Below are positions 27,578 to 37,025 of a stretch of DNA of 64,000 nucleotides, one piece after another (position 1 is the stretch's first letter; each line of letters begins with the position of its first letter). The notes under the pieces are model-generated. The model ran no database searches. It was given only the letters and a program-made list of their open reading frames with translations, and had not been told where the DNA came from. A program made the position numbers and the translations under genes. Origin of the DNA: Candidatus Latescibacterota bacterium (lineage in GTDB: Bacteria > Latescibacterota > UBA2968 > GCA-2709665); contig OZ220733.1 of NCBI GenBank assembly GCA_965116875.1, forward strand, positions 64,001 through 128,000, in the 5' to 3' direction.

Positions 27578-28975
27578 ATGAATCAGGGCATGCCCATAAT
27601 GACCCGAAAAACCGCAGCCGGGCTGATTCTCGCCGTCCTTCTGCCGCTGGCGGTCGTCCTGTATCCTGGAGACCTGGACACCGTGCCGCGCCTGGCGCTG
27701 GCGCTCTCCCTTGCCACGGTCATCCTTTGGACCTTCGAACCGGTCCCCCTTGAATACAGTTCGCTGTTGCTGATTGTCCTCTTCCCCGTCCTGGGCGTAC
27801 TCCCGTTCGAGACCGCCTTCGGACCCTTTGCGAGCAAGACGGTCTGGCTCATCTTCGCCGGCATGGCCCTCAGCCTCGGCATCACCGAAACCCCTCTGGG
27901 CGCACGGCTCTCGCGCCTGGTCCTCGGTCGCATCGGAAGCCTGAACGGGCTGATCCTCGCGCTTCACGTACTGGGCATGCTTTCCGCGCTTCTCATCCCC
28001 TCGGGAGTCGTGCGAATCCTGATCCTCATGCCCCTCATCGTCACCCTGCTGCGGACGCTCGGCGAACCGCCGGGATCACGGGTGAGCGCGGCATTGATCC
28101 TCTCTCTGGCCTGTTCCACCTACTACGGCGGCACCGGTGTCCTCACGGCTTCGGTGCCCAGCCTGGTAGTCTTCGGCGTCCTGGAATCCCGGGACATCAC
28201 CGTGTACTGGGGTCAGTGGACGCTGTATCTCTTTCCCGTATTTTCCCTGTGCCGGGTCGCGCTCTGTTACGCGCTGATCCGCCTGTTATTGCCGGTGAGA
28301 GGCGATACCCGCATCGGGACGAAACCCGACGTGGATGAGGAAGTCCCCGACCGAGTCACGCCCGCGGAGAAGAAAACCCTGTGCATCCTGTTTGCGGGCA
28401 TATTGCTATGGGCAACCGACGCGCTGCACGGCATCCATCCGGCCTACGTGGGCCTGGGGCTTGTCCTGGCCTGTTATCTCCCGGGATTGGGGCCTCTGCA
28501 TCCCGACCTGCTGAAAAAGATCAACTTTCCGCTGCTCATCTACATCGCCGCAGCGTTCTCCGTGGGTCACGCGCTCGAAACCACCGGTTTCAGCCCCCTG
28601 CTCGCCAACCAGTTTACGGAATGGCTGAGCCGTTTCGACGGCAGCCTGCTTACACAACTCGGCGTACTCTCGGCCTTCATTCTGCCTTTCAATTTTCTGG
28701 CGGACACGGCCGCGGTCGCCGCCATCCTCACGCCCGTCCTCCTGGACGTCGCCGCCCAGACCGGCCTGGCGCCGCTTCCCGCCGCCCTCTGTATGGCGAT
28801 TGTCGCAAGTTGCGGATTCTTTCCGTACCAGGCGGCGCCGTTCATCCTGGCGTACAGCTTCCGCTACGTGCACATGGGGCAGTTCATCCGGCTCATGGTT
28901 CTGCTGGCGCTGGTCTCGCTCCTGTTTCTCATTCCCCTCAACTTCCTCTACTGGCGGCTGATCGGGTTTGTCTGA
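27578..28975 (+). CDS. SLC13/DASS family permease
   Basis: Multi-TM 465 aa; WTFEPVP, LIPSGVVR, LTASVPS, FFPYQAAP. Confidence 0.85.
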   Translation: MNQGMPIMTRKTAAGLILAVLLPLAVVLYPGDLDTVPRLALALSLATVILWTFEPVPLEYSSLLLIVLFPVLGVLPFETAFGPFASKTVWLIFAGMALSLGITETPLGARLSRLVLGRIGSLNGLILALHVLGMLSALLIPSGVVRILILMPLIVTLLRTLGEPPGSRVSAALILSLACSTYYGGTGVLTASVPSLVVFGVLESRDITVYWGQWTLYLFPVFSLCRVALCYALIRLLLPVRGDTRIGTKPDVDEEVPDRVTPAEKKTLCILFAGILLWATDALHGIHPAYVGLGLVLACYLPGLGPLHPDLLKKINFPLLIYIAAAFSVGHALETTGFSPLLANQFTEWLSRFDGSLLTQLGVLSAFILPFNFLADTAAVAAILTPVLLDVAAQTGLAPLPAALCMAIVASCGFFPYQAAPFILAYSFRYVHMGQFIRLMVLLALVSLLFLIPLNFLYWRLIGFV

Positions 28976-28989
28976 CAATCAGTCGTAAA

Positions 28990-29120
28990 GCGGTGAGAGG
29001 GGAGACGTGAGACGGGAGAGATTGCACGCCTTGTGAGGTTTCGTCTCGTGCCGGAGGCAAGGAGGAATAATATACCGGGCAAGGGTTTCTTCTACCGTCT
29101 ACCCTCTCCCCTCTCACCGC
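28990..29120. repeat. Inverted arrays of 4 x 7-nt repeats enclosing a 71-nt spacer
   Basis: GGTGAGA GGGGAGA CGTGAGA CGGGAGA (28992-29019) ... TCTACCG TCTACCC TCTCCCC TCTCACC (29091-29118). Confidence 0.8.
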
Positions 29121-29182
29121 CTCGATTTACTCGCACAAATTCGATTTAACGCCCACGAAAACTCACGAATCAAGGTTAGCGC

Positions 29183-29211
29183 TTGACAAGCCCCGGGTGT
29201 ACGGGTACCAT
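29183..29211 (+). promoter_or_regulatory. Sigma70-type promoter for the iorA-like gene
   Basis: TTGACA, 17 nt, TACCAT. Confidence 0.6.
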
Positions 29212-29243
29212 CGTTCCTCCGTCCACCATCAGAACGATTCCCT

Positions 29244-30872
29244 ATGGAGAACCCGATGAATGCAATGCGAATCAATGGAGATACGGCATTGGCCTGGGGC
29301 GCGATCGAGGCCGGTGTCGGCTGCGTTACCGGGTATCCCGGTTCGCCGGGCACCGGCACGTTTACGGCGCTGGCGGACTCAGCGACCGAATACGGCCACG
29401 ATGCCGAGTGGTGTCTGAACGAACGCATCGCCCTGGACGTCGCCGCGGGGGTCTCCCAGGGCGGGCGCCGGGTGCTCGTGTGCATGAAGAGCGTGGGAAT
29501 GAACGTGGCGCTGGATACCCTGATGGTCCTGAACATGACCGGCGTTCACGCCGGGCTGGTAATCCTCATGGGCGACGATCCGGGAGCGTGGGGGTCACAG
29601 AACGAACAGGACGGCCGGTTTTTCGCTCCCCTTGCGGAAATCCCCATGCTCGAGCCCGCGACGCCGGCGGAGGGACGGCGAATGATGCGCTGGGCTTTCG
29701 ACTTCTCCGAGTCGTTCCGCACGGTTGTGATCCTGCGCATCACCCGGAGCTTCAGCGTCTGCGAAGCCGACCTGCCCCCCGTCCGCACCCCCGCGTCTGT
29801 GCCGGCGCTGGAACCGGACAGGGAGCCGATGCGCTGGATTTCGTCCCTTTCCAACTGCATACCCAACCACCGACGGCTCCACCGCAATCTCAGGGACATC
29901 TCTCAATCGTTCGAGGATCTTCCCTTCAACCGGGTCGACGGCGACGGAGAACTGGGCGTCATTGCAACGGGATTCGCACACAGCAAGCTTCAGGACGCGC
30001 TGGAAGGCGCGGATACCTCGGGGCTCAGGCGCCTGAAACTCGCATCCGTCTATCCCCTTCCCGGCGGCCTGATCGCGGACTTCCTGAAAGCGTGCAGGCA
30101 GGTGCTGGTTCTGGAGGAAGTAGACCCGTATCTGGAAGACGGCATCAAGACCATCGGGTACGACGCCGGCGTCACGCCGCCGGTCATCGGCAAACGCAGC
30201 GGTCACGTCCCCGGAGAAGGCGAGCTCTTCCGCTGGCAGATACAGCAGGCGCTGAAGGCCTGTCTGCCGGCCCTGGACCCGAAGCGCGTCTTCACGGAAG
30301 CCGGCTGGCAGGAGGAAAAGCCATACCGGAAGTCCCACTGCGCCGGCTGCCCGTACAATGAAATCCTCGCCGCGCTGCGCGAGGAAGCGGCCGCCCTGGG
30401 ACAGAACCCGTTCCTCACCGCCGATCCCGGCTGCGTCGTCATCGCCGCCCGATACCTCGACACCAAGTTGTGTATGGGATCCGCCGTCGGCGCGGCGCTG
30501 GGGCTTCAGAAGGCGGGAGTGGGAGAGCGCGCGGTGGCCATTACGGGCGACTCGGCTTTCTATCACAGCAGCGTGAACGCGCTGATCCACGCGGGCTCTA
30601 CCGGCGCCAATCTCCTGCTCGTCGTACTCGACAACGCCGGTTCACTCACAACGGGTGGTCAGCCCACCCCGGATCGAGGCGTCCCGGTCGCCGGAAAACC
30701 CGGTCCGGTGATTGCCATCAACAACCTGGCTGCGGCCTGCGGCGTCGATTCGGTCTGGACGGTAGAAGAAAAGGATCCGGAGGCACGTATGCGAGGTATC
30801 TTCCGGGAAGCCCTTCAGACCGACGGGCTCGGCCTCGTGACAATTCGAAGACGTTGTGAGCCGGTGGACTGA
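29244..30872 (+). CDS. iorA: Indolepyruvate:ferredoxin oxidoreductase alpha-subunit-like TPP enzyme
   Basis: TGYPGSPGT, NERIALD, MKSVGMNVA, GDDPGAWGSQNEQD, CAGCPY, GDSAFYHS...VLDN (TPP motif). Confidence 0.85.
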   Translation: MENPMNAMRINGDTALAWGAIEAGVGCVTGYPGSPGTGTFTALADSATEYGHDAEWCLNERIALDVAAGVSQGGRRVLVCMKSVGMNVALDTLMVLNMTGVHAGLVILMGDDPGAWGSQNEQDGRFFAPLAEIPMLEPATPAEGRRMMRWAFDFSESFRTVVILRITRSFSVCEADLPPVRTPASVPALEPDREPMRWISSLSNCIPNHRRLHRNLRDISQSFEDLPFNRVDGDGELGVIATGFAHSKLQDALEGADTSGLRRLKLASVYPLPGGLIADFLKACRQVLVLEEVDPYLEDGIKTIGYDAGVTPPVIGKRSGHVPGEGELFRWQIQQALKACLPALDPKRVFTEAGWQEEKPYRKSHCAGCPYNEILAALREEAAALGQNPFLTADPGCVVIAARYLDTKLCMGSAVGAALGLQKAGVGERAVAITGDSAFYHSSVNALIHAGSTGANLLLVVLDNAGSLTTGGQPTPDRGVPVAGKPGPVIAINNLAAACGVDSVWTVEEKDPEARMRGIFREALQTDGLGLVTIRRRCEPVD

Positions 30873-30878
30873 CCGGCG

Positions 30879-30928
30879 TAAAAAAAAGGGTCGCCCGGGA
30901 CAATATCCAGTCCCGCTCGAACCCTTTA
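30879..30928. terminator. Imperfect hairpin with A/T tails between convergent genes
   Basis: AAAAAAAAGGGTCG...GGGAC...GTCCC...CGAACCCTTT. Confidence 0.5.
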
Positions 30929-31057
30929 AGACCCACGCCCGATGTACCGCCCCGGAGGCAGCCGGGTAACTCCCTGGCAAAACACAAAACGCTCGGTGCC
31001 GGTCATCCGGACGCGTGGAAGCTGCCCCGCGCCCCTACTTCCAACTCTCTCGCGAAT

Positions 31058-31639
31058 TCATCGGAACTCAAGAGAAGACGTGATGGTACGGTACTCGTCC
31101 ACGGGAAAGGCGGCGGACGTCCCGTTGCCCATCATCAGATACGCCTTTCGCCCGTCCAGGACGACCGTAACTAGAAACCGGTTTCCCCTTCGACTCAGAA
31201 ACACCGTCCGGAAAATCCACTCGATGCCTTCGCGTCCGGCAATCTGAAACGTGCGCTTCTCCTGGGCCGTATATCCTAGAAAGGTGGCCTTGAACTCTTC
31301 CTCGAGTTCGGCCGTAACGGTCTGAAGTGTCGCTTTTTCTGAAAGCGCGCGGGGCCTCAGGGTCAGCACGGCCACGAATCCCGAAATCGGCTCCCGGTTC
31401 ATAACCACTTCAACCCTGGGCAATCCGTTCGGCTCGCGGGTCTGGAAGGACGTCTGGGCCGTCCATCCCCACACGTCCGGGACCGTAATTCGGAATCCCC
31501 ATTCATCATTGGAATACACCCGGTCGCCATCGGTGTCGCCGGTCGGATTGTTGGCGGTGTCCTCCGGTATCGGGCTGCAACTCAGCGTCGCGAAGAGCAA
31601 TATGAGGCAGAACCGGAAACTGGTACGTCGTCTGGACAT
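31058..31639 (-). CDS. Lipoprotein with a PsbP/DcrB-like fold
   Basis: Basic N-terminus, hydrophobic stretch, lipobox ATLSC; YSNDEWGFRITVPDVW...IAGREG...ITSSLEFR. Confidence 0.7.
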   Translation of the reverse strand: MSRRRTSFRFCLILLFATLSCSPIPEDTANNPTGDTDGDRVYSNDEWGFRITVPDVWGWTAQTSFQTREPNGLPRVEVVMNREPISGFVAVLTLRPRALSEKATLQTVTAELEEEFKATFLGYTAQEKRTFQIAGREGIEWIFRTVFLSRRGNRFLVTVVLDGRKAYLMMGNGTSAAFPVDEYRTITSSLEFR

Positions 31640-31742
31640 GGGCCCCGCCTTCCTTTGTTCTGAACTCACACTCCCGCCTGTTTAAAGCGGTTTTTCGTCT
31701 GGCGCAGTCCCGTCACCGCGATCGGGAAACACCCGGCGACGA

Positions 31743-32420
31743 TCATTGCACCATCCCCAGCCGTCTCCATCGGATCTTTACGAACGGATTCCAGATCGGC
31801 GCGCCGGAATTCCAGGAAAAATAGATGAGCAGCGGGTGCGCCTTCACCCGGTCGAGCGACACCGGTCCCCAGAACCGGCTGTCGTCGCTGTTATCCCGAT
31901 TGTCACCCATCACGAATACATGACCCGGAGGCACCAGATAGGGGCCGTAGTTGTCGCGCGGGCTATACCGTCTTGACTGTGTCCGCCGGTCCATGAACTT
32001 CACGCCCGAGGGATTCTCGAATGCCTTGCCGTTGACGTAGACAACCTTGTTCCTGATCTCAATCGTCTGACCTTCCACTGCGATACAACGCTTGATGAAG
32101 TCCCGCGACGGATCCTGCGGATATTCGAAAATCACCAGATCTCCGGGTTGCGGAGAACGAAAACCCGGTAATCGAAAGGAAGGCAGCTTGTAGTTCAAAA
32201 CCGGCAGGCGATCGGGAATCTGCGTACCGAACGTCAGCTTGTCGCCCAGAACATAGTCGCCCTCCATCAACGTGTTCTCCATGGAACCTGATGGAATATG
32301 ATAGGCCTGCACCAGCGTTGCCCGGATCAATACTGCCAGAAAAACAGCAAAGAAGATCGACTTCAGATAATCCACCAGAATCCGTCCGGTACGTGGCCGC
32401 CGGTGACGCTGTGACTTCAT
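31743..32420 (-). CDS. lepB: Signal peptidase I
   Basis: IPSGSMENTL, DFIKRCIA, FVMGDNRDNSDDSRFWG. Confidence 0.95.
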   Translation of the reverse strand: MKSQRHRRPRTGRILVDYLKSIFFAVFLAVLIRATLVQAYHIPSGSMENTLMEGDYVLGDKLTFGTQIPDRLPVLNYKLPSFRLPGFRSPQPGDLVIFEYPQDPSRDFIKRCIAVEGQTIEIRNKVVYVNGKAFENPSGVKFMDRRTQSRRYSPRDNYGPYLVPPGHVFVMGDNRDNSDDSRFWGPVSLDRVKAHPLLIYFSWNSGAPIWNPFVKIRWRRLGMVQ

Positions 32421-32510
32421 AGGTTGACCTCCATTACGTCTCCTTGTCCGTATCCTGGAAGCTGAATCAGGTATGCATGCTTACACGCGGAACCGGGTAG
32501 CCGGTTCCCT

Positions 32511-33497
32511 TCAGGCGCCGCCCATACTTGAGAAACAGGGCGCTTCCGGCCGACCGCTGTCGGCGGAACGGTTGGCCGCAAGGGTCACGTCGAGTGAACG
32601 AACGCCGTCCTCGTAGTCCGACAGAATGGCCGATCCGTCGCCCTTGCGGATGGCATCCACAAAAACCTCGTCGATATCTCCGGCGTCAGGATGAACGGGT
32701 CCCGGATCCGCCGCGGATTCCGGACGGACCACGAGACCTTCCGCACCGAATTCCGCTCGCATGTCTTTCATCACGAACGACATGAGTCCCGTCCCCCCGC
32801 CGTTTCGAAACGTGCAGGTGGAGGTCAACGAGCCGATCGCCCCCGATTTGAACTTCAGATTGATCGAATGTACGTCCGGTATATTCAGGTTTTCCTCGTC
32901 ATCCAGCGTACGCAATGCGTAATAGGCGTGCACTTCCGCCACCTCGCCTGCAAGAAAGCGCAGCAGATCCACCTGGTGAGTGGTCTGTTCGACAATCTGG
33001 CCACCCGATTGCTCCATAACGCGCCACCACGGTGTTCCAGGCAGCCCGCCCCATCTGTGGACCGCAGCCATCCCGATCTTTCGACCCTCCAGGAATGCCT
33101 TCGCCTGCTGTACGATACCGGAATAACGCAACTGGTAACCCACGCAGGTCAATACGCCCGACTCCCGCACGGCCTCCAGGATTTCGAAGGCCTTTTCCAT
33201 TGTCGGCGCAACGGGTTTTTCCACGAACAGGTGCACACCCTGCCGTACCGCCAGAATCTCGGCGTCGGTATGCGCAAACGTGGGTACGCAGACGTACAGG
33301 GCGCACAGCGATTCACGGTCCAGCATCATCCGATGGTCTGAATATGGCCTCGCGCCGTACTCTCCCGCCACCTGCTCGGCGGTTTCGCGCCGCACGTCGC
33401 AAATCGCCACGATCTCCACGTCCTCAATCGCCTGCAAAACCCGCATATGGGAACTCGCGCGACCCCCGGCGCCGATAAACCCAACCTGTATTGCCAA
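32511..33497 (-). CDS. Gfo/Idh/MocA family oxidoreductase
   Basis: VGFIGAGG, LFVEKP, SGGQIVEQTTHQVD. Confidence 0.9.
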   Translation of the reverse strand: MAIQVGFIGAGGRASSHMRVLQAIEDVEIVAICDVRRETAEQVAGEYGARPYSDHRMMLDRESLCALYVCVPTFAHTDAEILAVRQGVHLFVEKPVAPTMEKAFEILEAVRESGVLTCVGYQLRYSGIVQQAKAFLEGRKIGMAAVHRWGGLPGTPWWRVMEQSGGQIVEQTTHQVDLLRFLAGEVAEVHAYYALRTLDDEENLNIPDVHSINLKFKSGAIGSLTSTCTFRNGGGTGLMSFVMKDMRAEFGAEGLVVRPESAADPGPVHPDAGDIDEVFVDAIRKGDGSAILSDYEDGVRSLDVTLAANRSADSGRPEAPCFSSMGGA

Positions 33498-33909
33498 GGT
33501 ACCCCCTCAAGCTACGATGACGCTACCAGCCGGACCTCAACACTCCGTTGACAGGCTTTATCCACGGGCTGTTAAATTAGCCGGGTGCGGCATGCGCTGT
33601 CAAGCGAAATCAGCAGAAAAGGAAAGATCACGCACATGTTTTTGTCTTTGAATTATCCCCTCCCGGCACGTAACTTACCCGTGCAGGTCACACTTCAACC
33701 AGGATTCGTATGTTTTCGTGGACGTGAAACCGAATATGTGAAAATTGACAAAGGCGATGAAACTGCGGATTACCAGGATACACCAGGTCAATGGATGAGA
33801 ACGGAAAAAATGTGCTTTTGGACGACCTTTTCGGTCCGTTTCGAAAGGTTTCGTCACGGCGCCGCGTTGCTGTTCTTGTCGAATTGAGGTCAATCCCTGA
33901 ACGAAGAGG

Positions 33910-34959
33910 ATGTTTCCCATGCGAGTCGAGGATCTGGATACGCCCGCGCTGACCATAGACCTGGACATACTCTCCAGAAATATCCGCGATCTGGCCGAAT
34001 CCTGCCGCAGGTACAGAATCGCGCTTCGGGTCCATACCAAGACCCACAAGATCCCCGAAATCGCCCACCTTCAGCTTCAGGCCGGCGCCGCGGGAATCGT
34101 TTGCCAGAAGCTGGGAGAAGCGGAGGCGATGGCCGACGCGGGGATTGCCGACATCCTCATTCCGTACAACATCGTTGGCGCCAGGAAAGTGGAACGCCTC
34201 GTCCGTCTCCGGAAGAGGGTAACGATAACCGTCGCCCTGGACTCGGAGACGACGGCACGAGGCATTTCAGACCAGGCGGGTGAACCGGATATTCCCGTAT
34301 TGATCGAACTGGATACCGGCGGCAACCGATGCGGCGTCCAGTCTCCCGAAACAGCCCTGGAACTCGCCCGAAAAGTCGTCCGGATGCCCGGCCTCCGCTT
34401 CCGGGGTATCATGACCTATCCCAGCCGGCCTCAGGCGGAACCCTTTCTGAAACGGACGCGAATGCTTCTGGAAGACGCCGGCATCCCGGTGCCCGTTGTC
34501 AGCGGAGGCGGGACCGGAAGCGAAGCCGTTTCCAAACAGATTGGCTGCACCGAAACCCGCATCGGCTCCTACGTTTTCGAGGGGATGCGGCGTATCAATC
34601 ACACGGACAACCCTCCGAACCCCGTCACCTGTGCAGAACGCATGATCGTGACCGTCGTCAGCACCCCCACTCCCAATCGCATTATCGTGGACGGCGGCCA
34701 GAAAACCTTCGCGAGCTATCCGCCCATCCCGTATGGTTACATCGTGGAACACCCCGATGCCAGAATTAACGGCATGTCGGTCGAACACGGGCATATCGAC
34801 GTCAGCGCCTGCGAACATACGTTCCAGGTAGGGGAACGCCTTTCGATCATTCCCCAGCACCAGGGGATGACCACCAATCTGCACGATACCGCCTACGCGG
34901 TGAGGAACGGAGTTGTCAAAGCCGTGTGGGCCGTTGCCGGCCGGGGCAGGGTCCAATAG
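33910..34959 (+). CDS. Fold-type III PLP enzyme, D-threonine aldolase / DSD1-like
   Basis: LDTPAL, RVHTKTHK (PLP Lys), RCGV, SGGGT, VDGGQK, SVEHG. Confidence 0.9.
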   Translation: MFPMRVEDLDTPALTIDLDILSRNIRDLAESCRRYRIALRVHTKTHKIPEIAHLQLQAGAAGIVCQKLGEAEAMADAGIADILIPYNIVGARKVERLVRLRKRVTITVALDSETTARGISDQAGEPDIPVLIELDTGGNRCGVQSPETALELARKVVRMPGLRFRGIMTYPSRPQAEPFLKRTRMLLEDAGIPVPVVSGGGTGSEAVSKQIGCTETRIGSYVFEGMRRINHTDNPPNPVTCAERMIVTVVSTPTPNRIIVDGGQKTFASYPPIPYGYIVEHPDARINGMSVEHGHIDVSACEHTFQVGERLSIIPQHQGMTTNLHDTAYAVRNGVVKAVWAVAGRGRVQ

Positions 34960-35060
34960 ACGGCAGGCCGGGACCGCCGCCGCCCGTCGCCGCTGGATCC
35001 AGCCTCCGTCGTTCGCGGCCGGTACATTCCGCAGTTCGTCGATCCGAGAGGAGATTCGCA

Positions 35061-35954
35061 ATGCGCCAGGTACAATGGGAACGCATGTTTCCCGATCAGC
35101 TGGAAGCCGCGTATGAGGATTGTCCGCTTGTCTACTTCCCTTATGGCCTCTGCGAACCTCACGGGCCGCACGACGCGGTGGGCCTGGATGGACTAAAAGC
35201 CCACGGTATCGCCTGCGAGGCCGCGCGTGCGCACGGCGGCATCGTTGCCCCGCCGGACTTCTGGCACATACACGAACTGGGTGGGTACGCGCTGTGGCTC
35301 GAGCGAACCGTGGGGCAGGTCAAACGCTCCTGGATGACCTGCATGCCGCCGTGGCAGCATTTCAAGAACATCTGCTACCACATCCGGATGGCCGACCATC
35401 TCCAATTCCACGCCGCCATCTTGATTACGGGTCATTATGGCCCCAACTGGAAAGACCTCAAAACGCTGATCGACCTGGTGCAACCCCACGTGGGCACCAG
35501 GCTCTACGGCCTTCCGGACCACGAAGCCAACCAGCCCGGCTTCGATCGTGACGGGAAGAGCGGCGGCGACCACGCCGGTAAGGTTGAGACGTCGCTTCTC
35601 TGGGCGCTTCATCCCGACTGCGTGGACCTGTCCCGGTTGCCTCCCGAAGACGCCCCCGGTCCTCATTTTGCAATGGGGCCAACGGTCCGGGAATCAGACC
35701 GTCGCGCTGGTGAGCGCATGGTGGCGGACGAAGTTCGCTGGCTGGGCGACAAGGCCCGGGAACTGCTCGACGAATACAAGAGGAAAAGCCCGGATCACAA
35801 GCTGCGGAATTATGAAGACGTGGAAGCTCTCTGGGAGACCGTGGTTGGCCCGGCGCTCGCTGAATTCGAAACCATGCAGAACAGCTGGTCAGCCGAAACC
35901 CTGCCCGAAACCTCCGTCTGGCATCCCAACTGGCGCGTACCCAAACGGGGATAG
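35061..35954 (+). CDS. Creatininase family amidohydrolase
   Basis: CEPHGPH..VGLD, GHYGPN, DHAGKVETS; RBS GAGGAG before ATG 35061. Confidence 0.85.
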   Translation: MRQVQWERMFPDQLEAAYEDCPLVYFPYGLCEPHGPHDAVGLDGLKAHGIACEAARAHGGIVAPPDFWHIHELGGYALWLERTVGQVKRSWMTCMPPWQHFKNICYHIRMADHLQFHAAILITGHYGPNWKDLKTLIDLVQPHVGTRLYGLPDHEANQPGFDRDGKSGGDHAGKVETSLLWALHPDCVDLSRLPPEDAPGPHFAMGPTVRESDRRAGERMVADEVRWLGDKARELLDEYKRKSPDHKLRNYEDVEALWETVVGPALAEFETMQNSWSAETLPETSVWHPNWRVPKRG

Positions 35955-36039
35955 ACGTACCGACCTCCGGTTCTACCGCGTACGGACGTACATAAGCACG
36001 AAGCGTGAAAAAACGTATCGGACGCTTCCCGTGTTTCCT

Positions 36040-36420
36040 TTATGTCCGTTCAAGCAGTTCGATCTCGTACCCGTCCGGGTCATCCACAAAGGCCATCTTT
36101 CGTCCCGCGGGAAACGTCTCGCGCCAATCGCCGGGCCAGATTTCGATGCCCTTGTTTTCGAGCCCGTCACAGAACGCAATGAGGTCGGGCACGCCGATTG
36201 CAAGATGCATCAGATCCTCAGGCACGTTCAGATCGTAATCGTCCGAGTAGGTCAGTTCGAGCGTATGGGCGTTGCCCGGCAGTTCCAGGTGCATGATCTG
36301 GTTTCCCGCCGGGGACTTCTCCGACCTGCTCTTCACCACAAAGCCAAAATGGTCGCAATAGAACGCCGCCGACCTGTCCAGGTCGCTTACCCGTATTCTG
36401 GTGTGAAGAAATACCGCCAC
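36040..36420 (-). CDS. VOC family protein (lactoylglutathione lyase-like)
   Basis: FLHTRIRVSDLDRS, LELTY, HLAIGV, FVDDPDGYEIELL. Confidence 0.88.
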   Translation of the reverse strand: MAVFLHTRIRVSDLDRSAAFYCDHFGFVVKSRSEKSPAGNQIMHLELPGNAHTLELTYSDDYDLNVPEDLMHLAIGVPDLIAFCDGLENKGIEIWPGDWRETFPAGRKMAFVDDPDGYEIELLERT

Positions 36421-36476
36421 CGCAGGCTCCTTTCTTCAAAATCGATGTCCGCCGGACCAACCGATCAACCGTTCAT

Positions 36477-36500
36477 AAAAAAAGACAGCCGATAGCTGCC
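36477..36500 (-). terminator. Intrinsic terminator after the small HTH gene
   Basis: Minus strand GGCAGC-TATCG-GCTGTC followed by a T run. Confidence 0.65.
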
Positions 36501-36532
36501 CCTGTGCATGCACCTCCCGTCCCGCCCATCAA

Positions 36533-36907
36533 TCAGCCCGTTGAAACCGTTTCGTTTCCTTCCGTACCGACCGGCGTCTCTTTCCCTTCGATTTCGACGC
36601 CCAGCGCCTCGCGTACCTGCTTGATCGCCTGAAGGTAATAATTCCTGACCGTACTCTTGGAGACGGAGAGCAGCATCGCGATTTCCGCCATGGACTTGCC
36701 CTGCGAGCGAAGGAGAAGCACCTCGTACTTGCGGCCGGTCAGTGTGGGCTCGATCACTCTCCTTACGGCTTCCAGCTTTTCGACGTCCAGATCCATGTTT
36801 GCATATGGATCTGGATCGAGCGAATGCCGGATGATGAATGACAGCGGCACGGTCTCCGTTCGGGGATGACACCGCTCCATCACCGTGTTGTATCTGGGTC
36901 CTCTCAT
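36533..36907 (-). CDS. Stand-alone sigma70 region-4 / LuxR-type HTH protein
   Basis: LTGRKYEVLLLRSQGKSMAEIAMLLSVSKSTVRNYYLQAIKQVR; followed by its own terminator. Confidence 0.75.
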   Translation of the reverse strand: MRGPRYNTVMERCHPRTETVPLSFIIRHSLDPDPYANMDLDVEKLEAVRRVIEPTLTGRKYEVLLLRSQGKSMAEIAMLLSVSKSTVRNYYLQAIKQVREALGVEIEGKETPVGTEGNETVSTG

Positions 36908-37025
36908 GCCGGGATCTGACTCCTCGTTTGACCGATGACTTCCCCCGCTGCCGCGGGCGCAGTTTCACACGTCGACAATTTAGCCAGTTCTCTTCACCCA
37001 GGCAAGAGAAAACTCAAACTTCGGT

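Noticed and set aside
33559-33567. DnaA-box-like TTATCCACG suggesting oriC
   Set aside because: A single mismatched box; no box cluster, and none seen next to mnmG.
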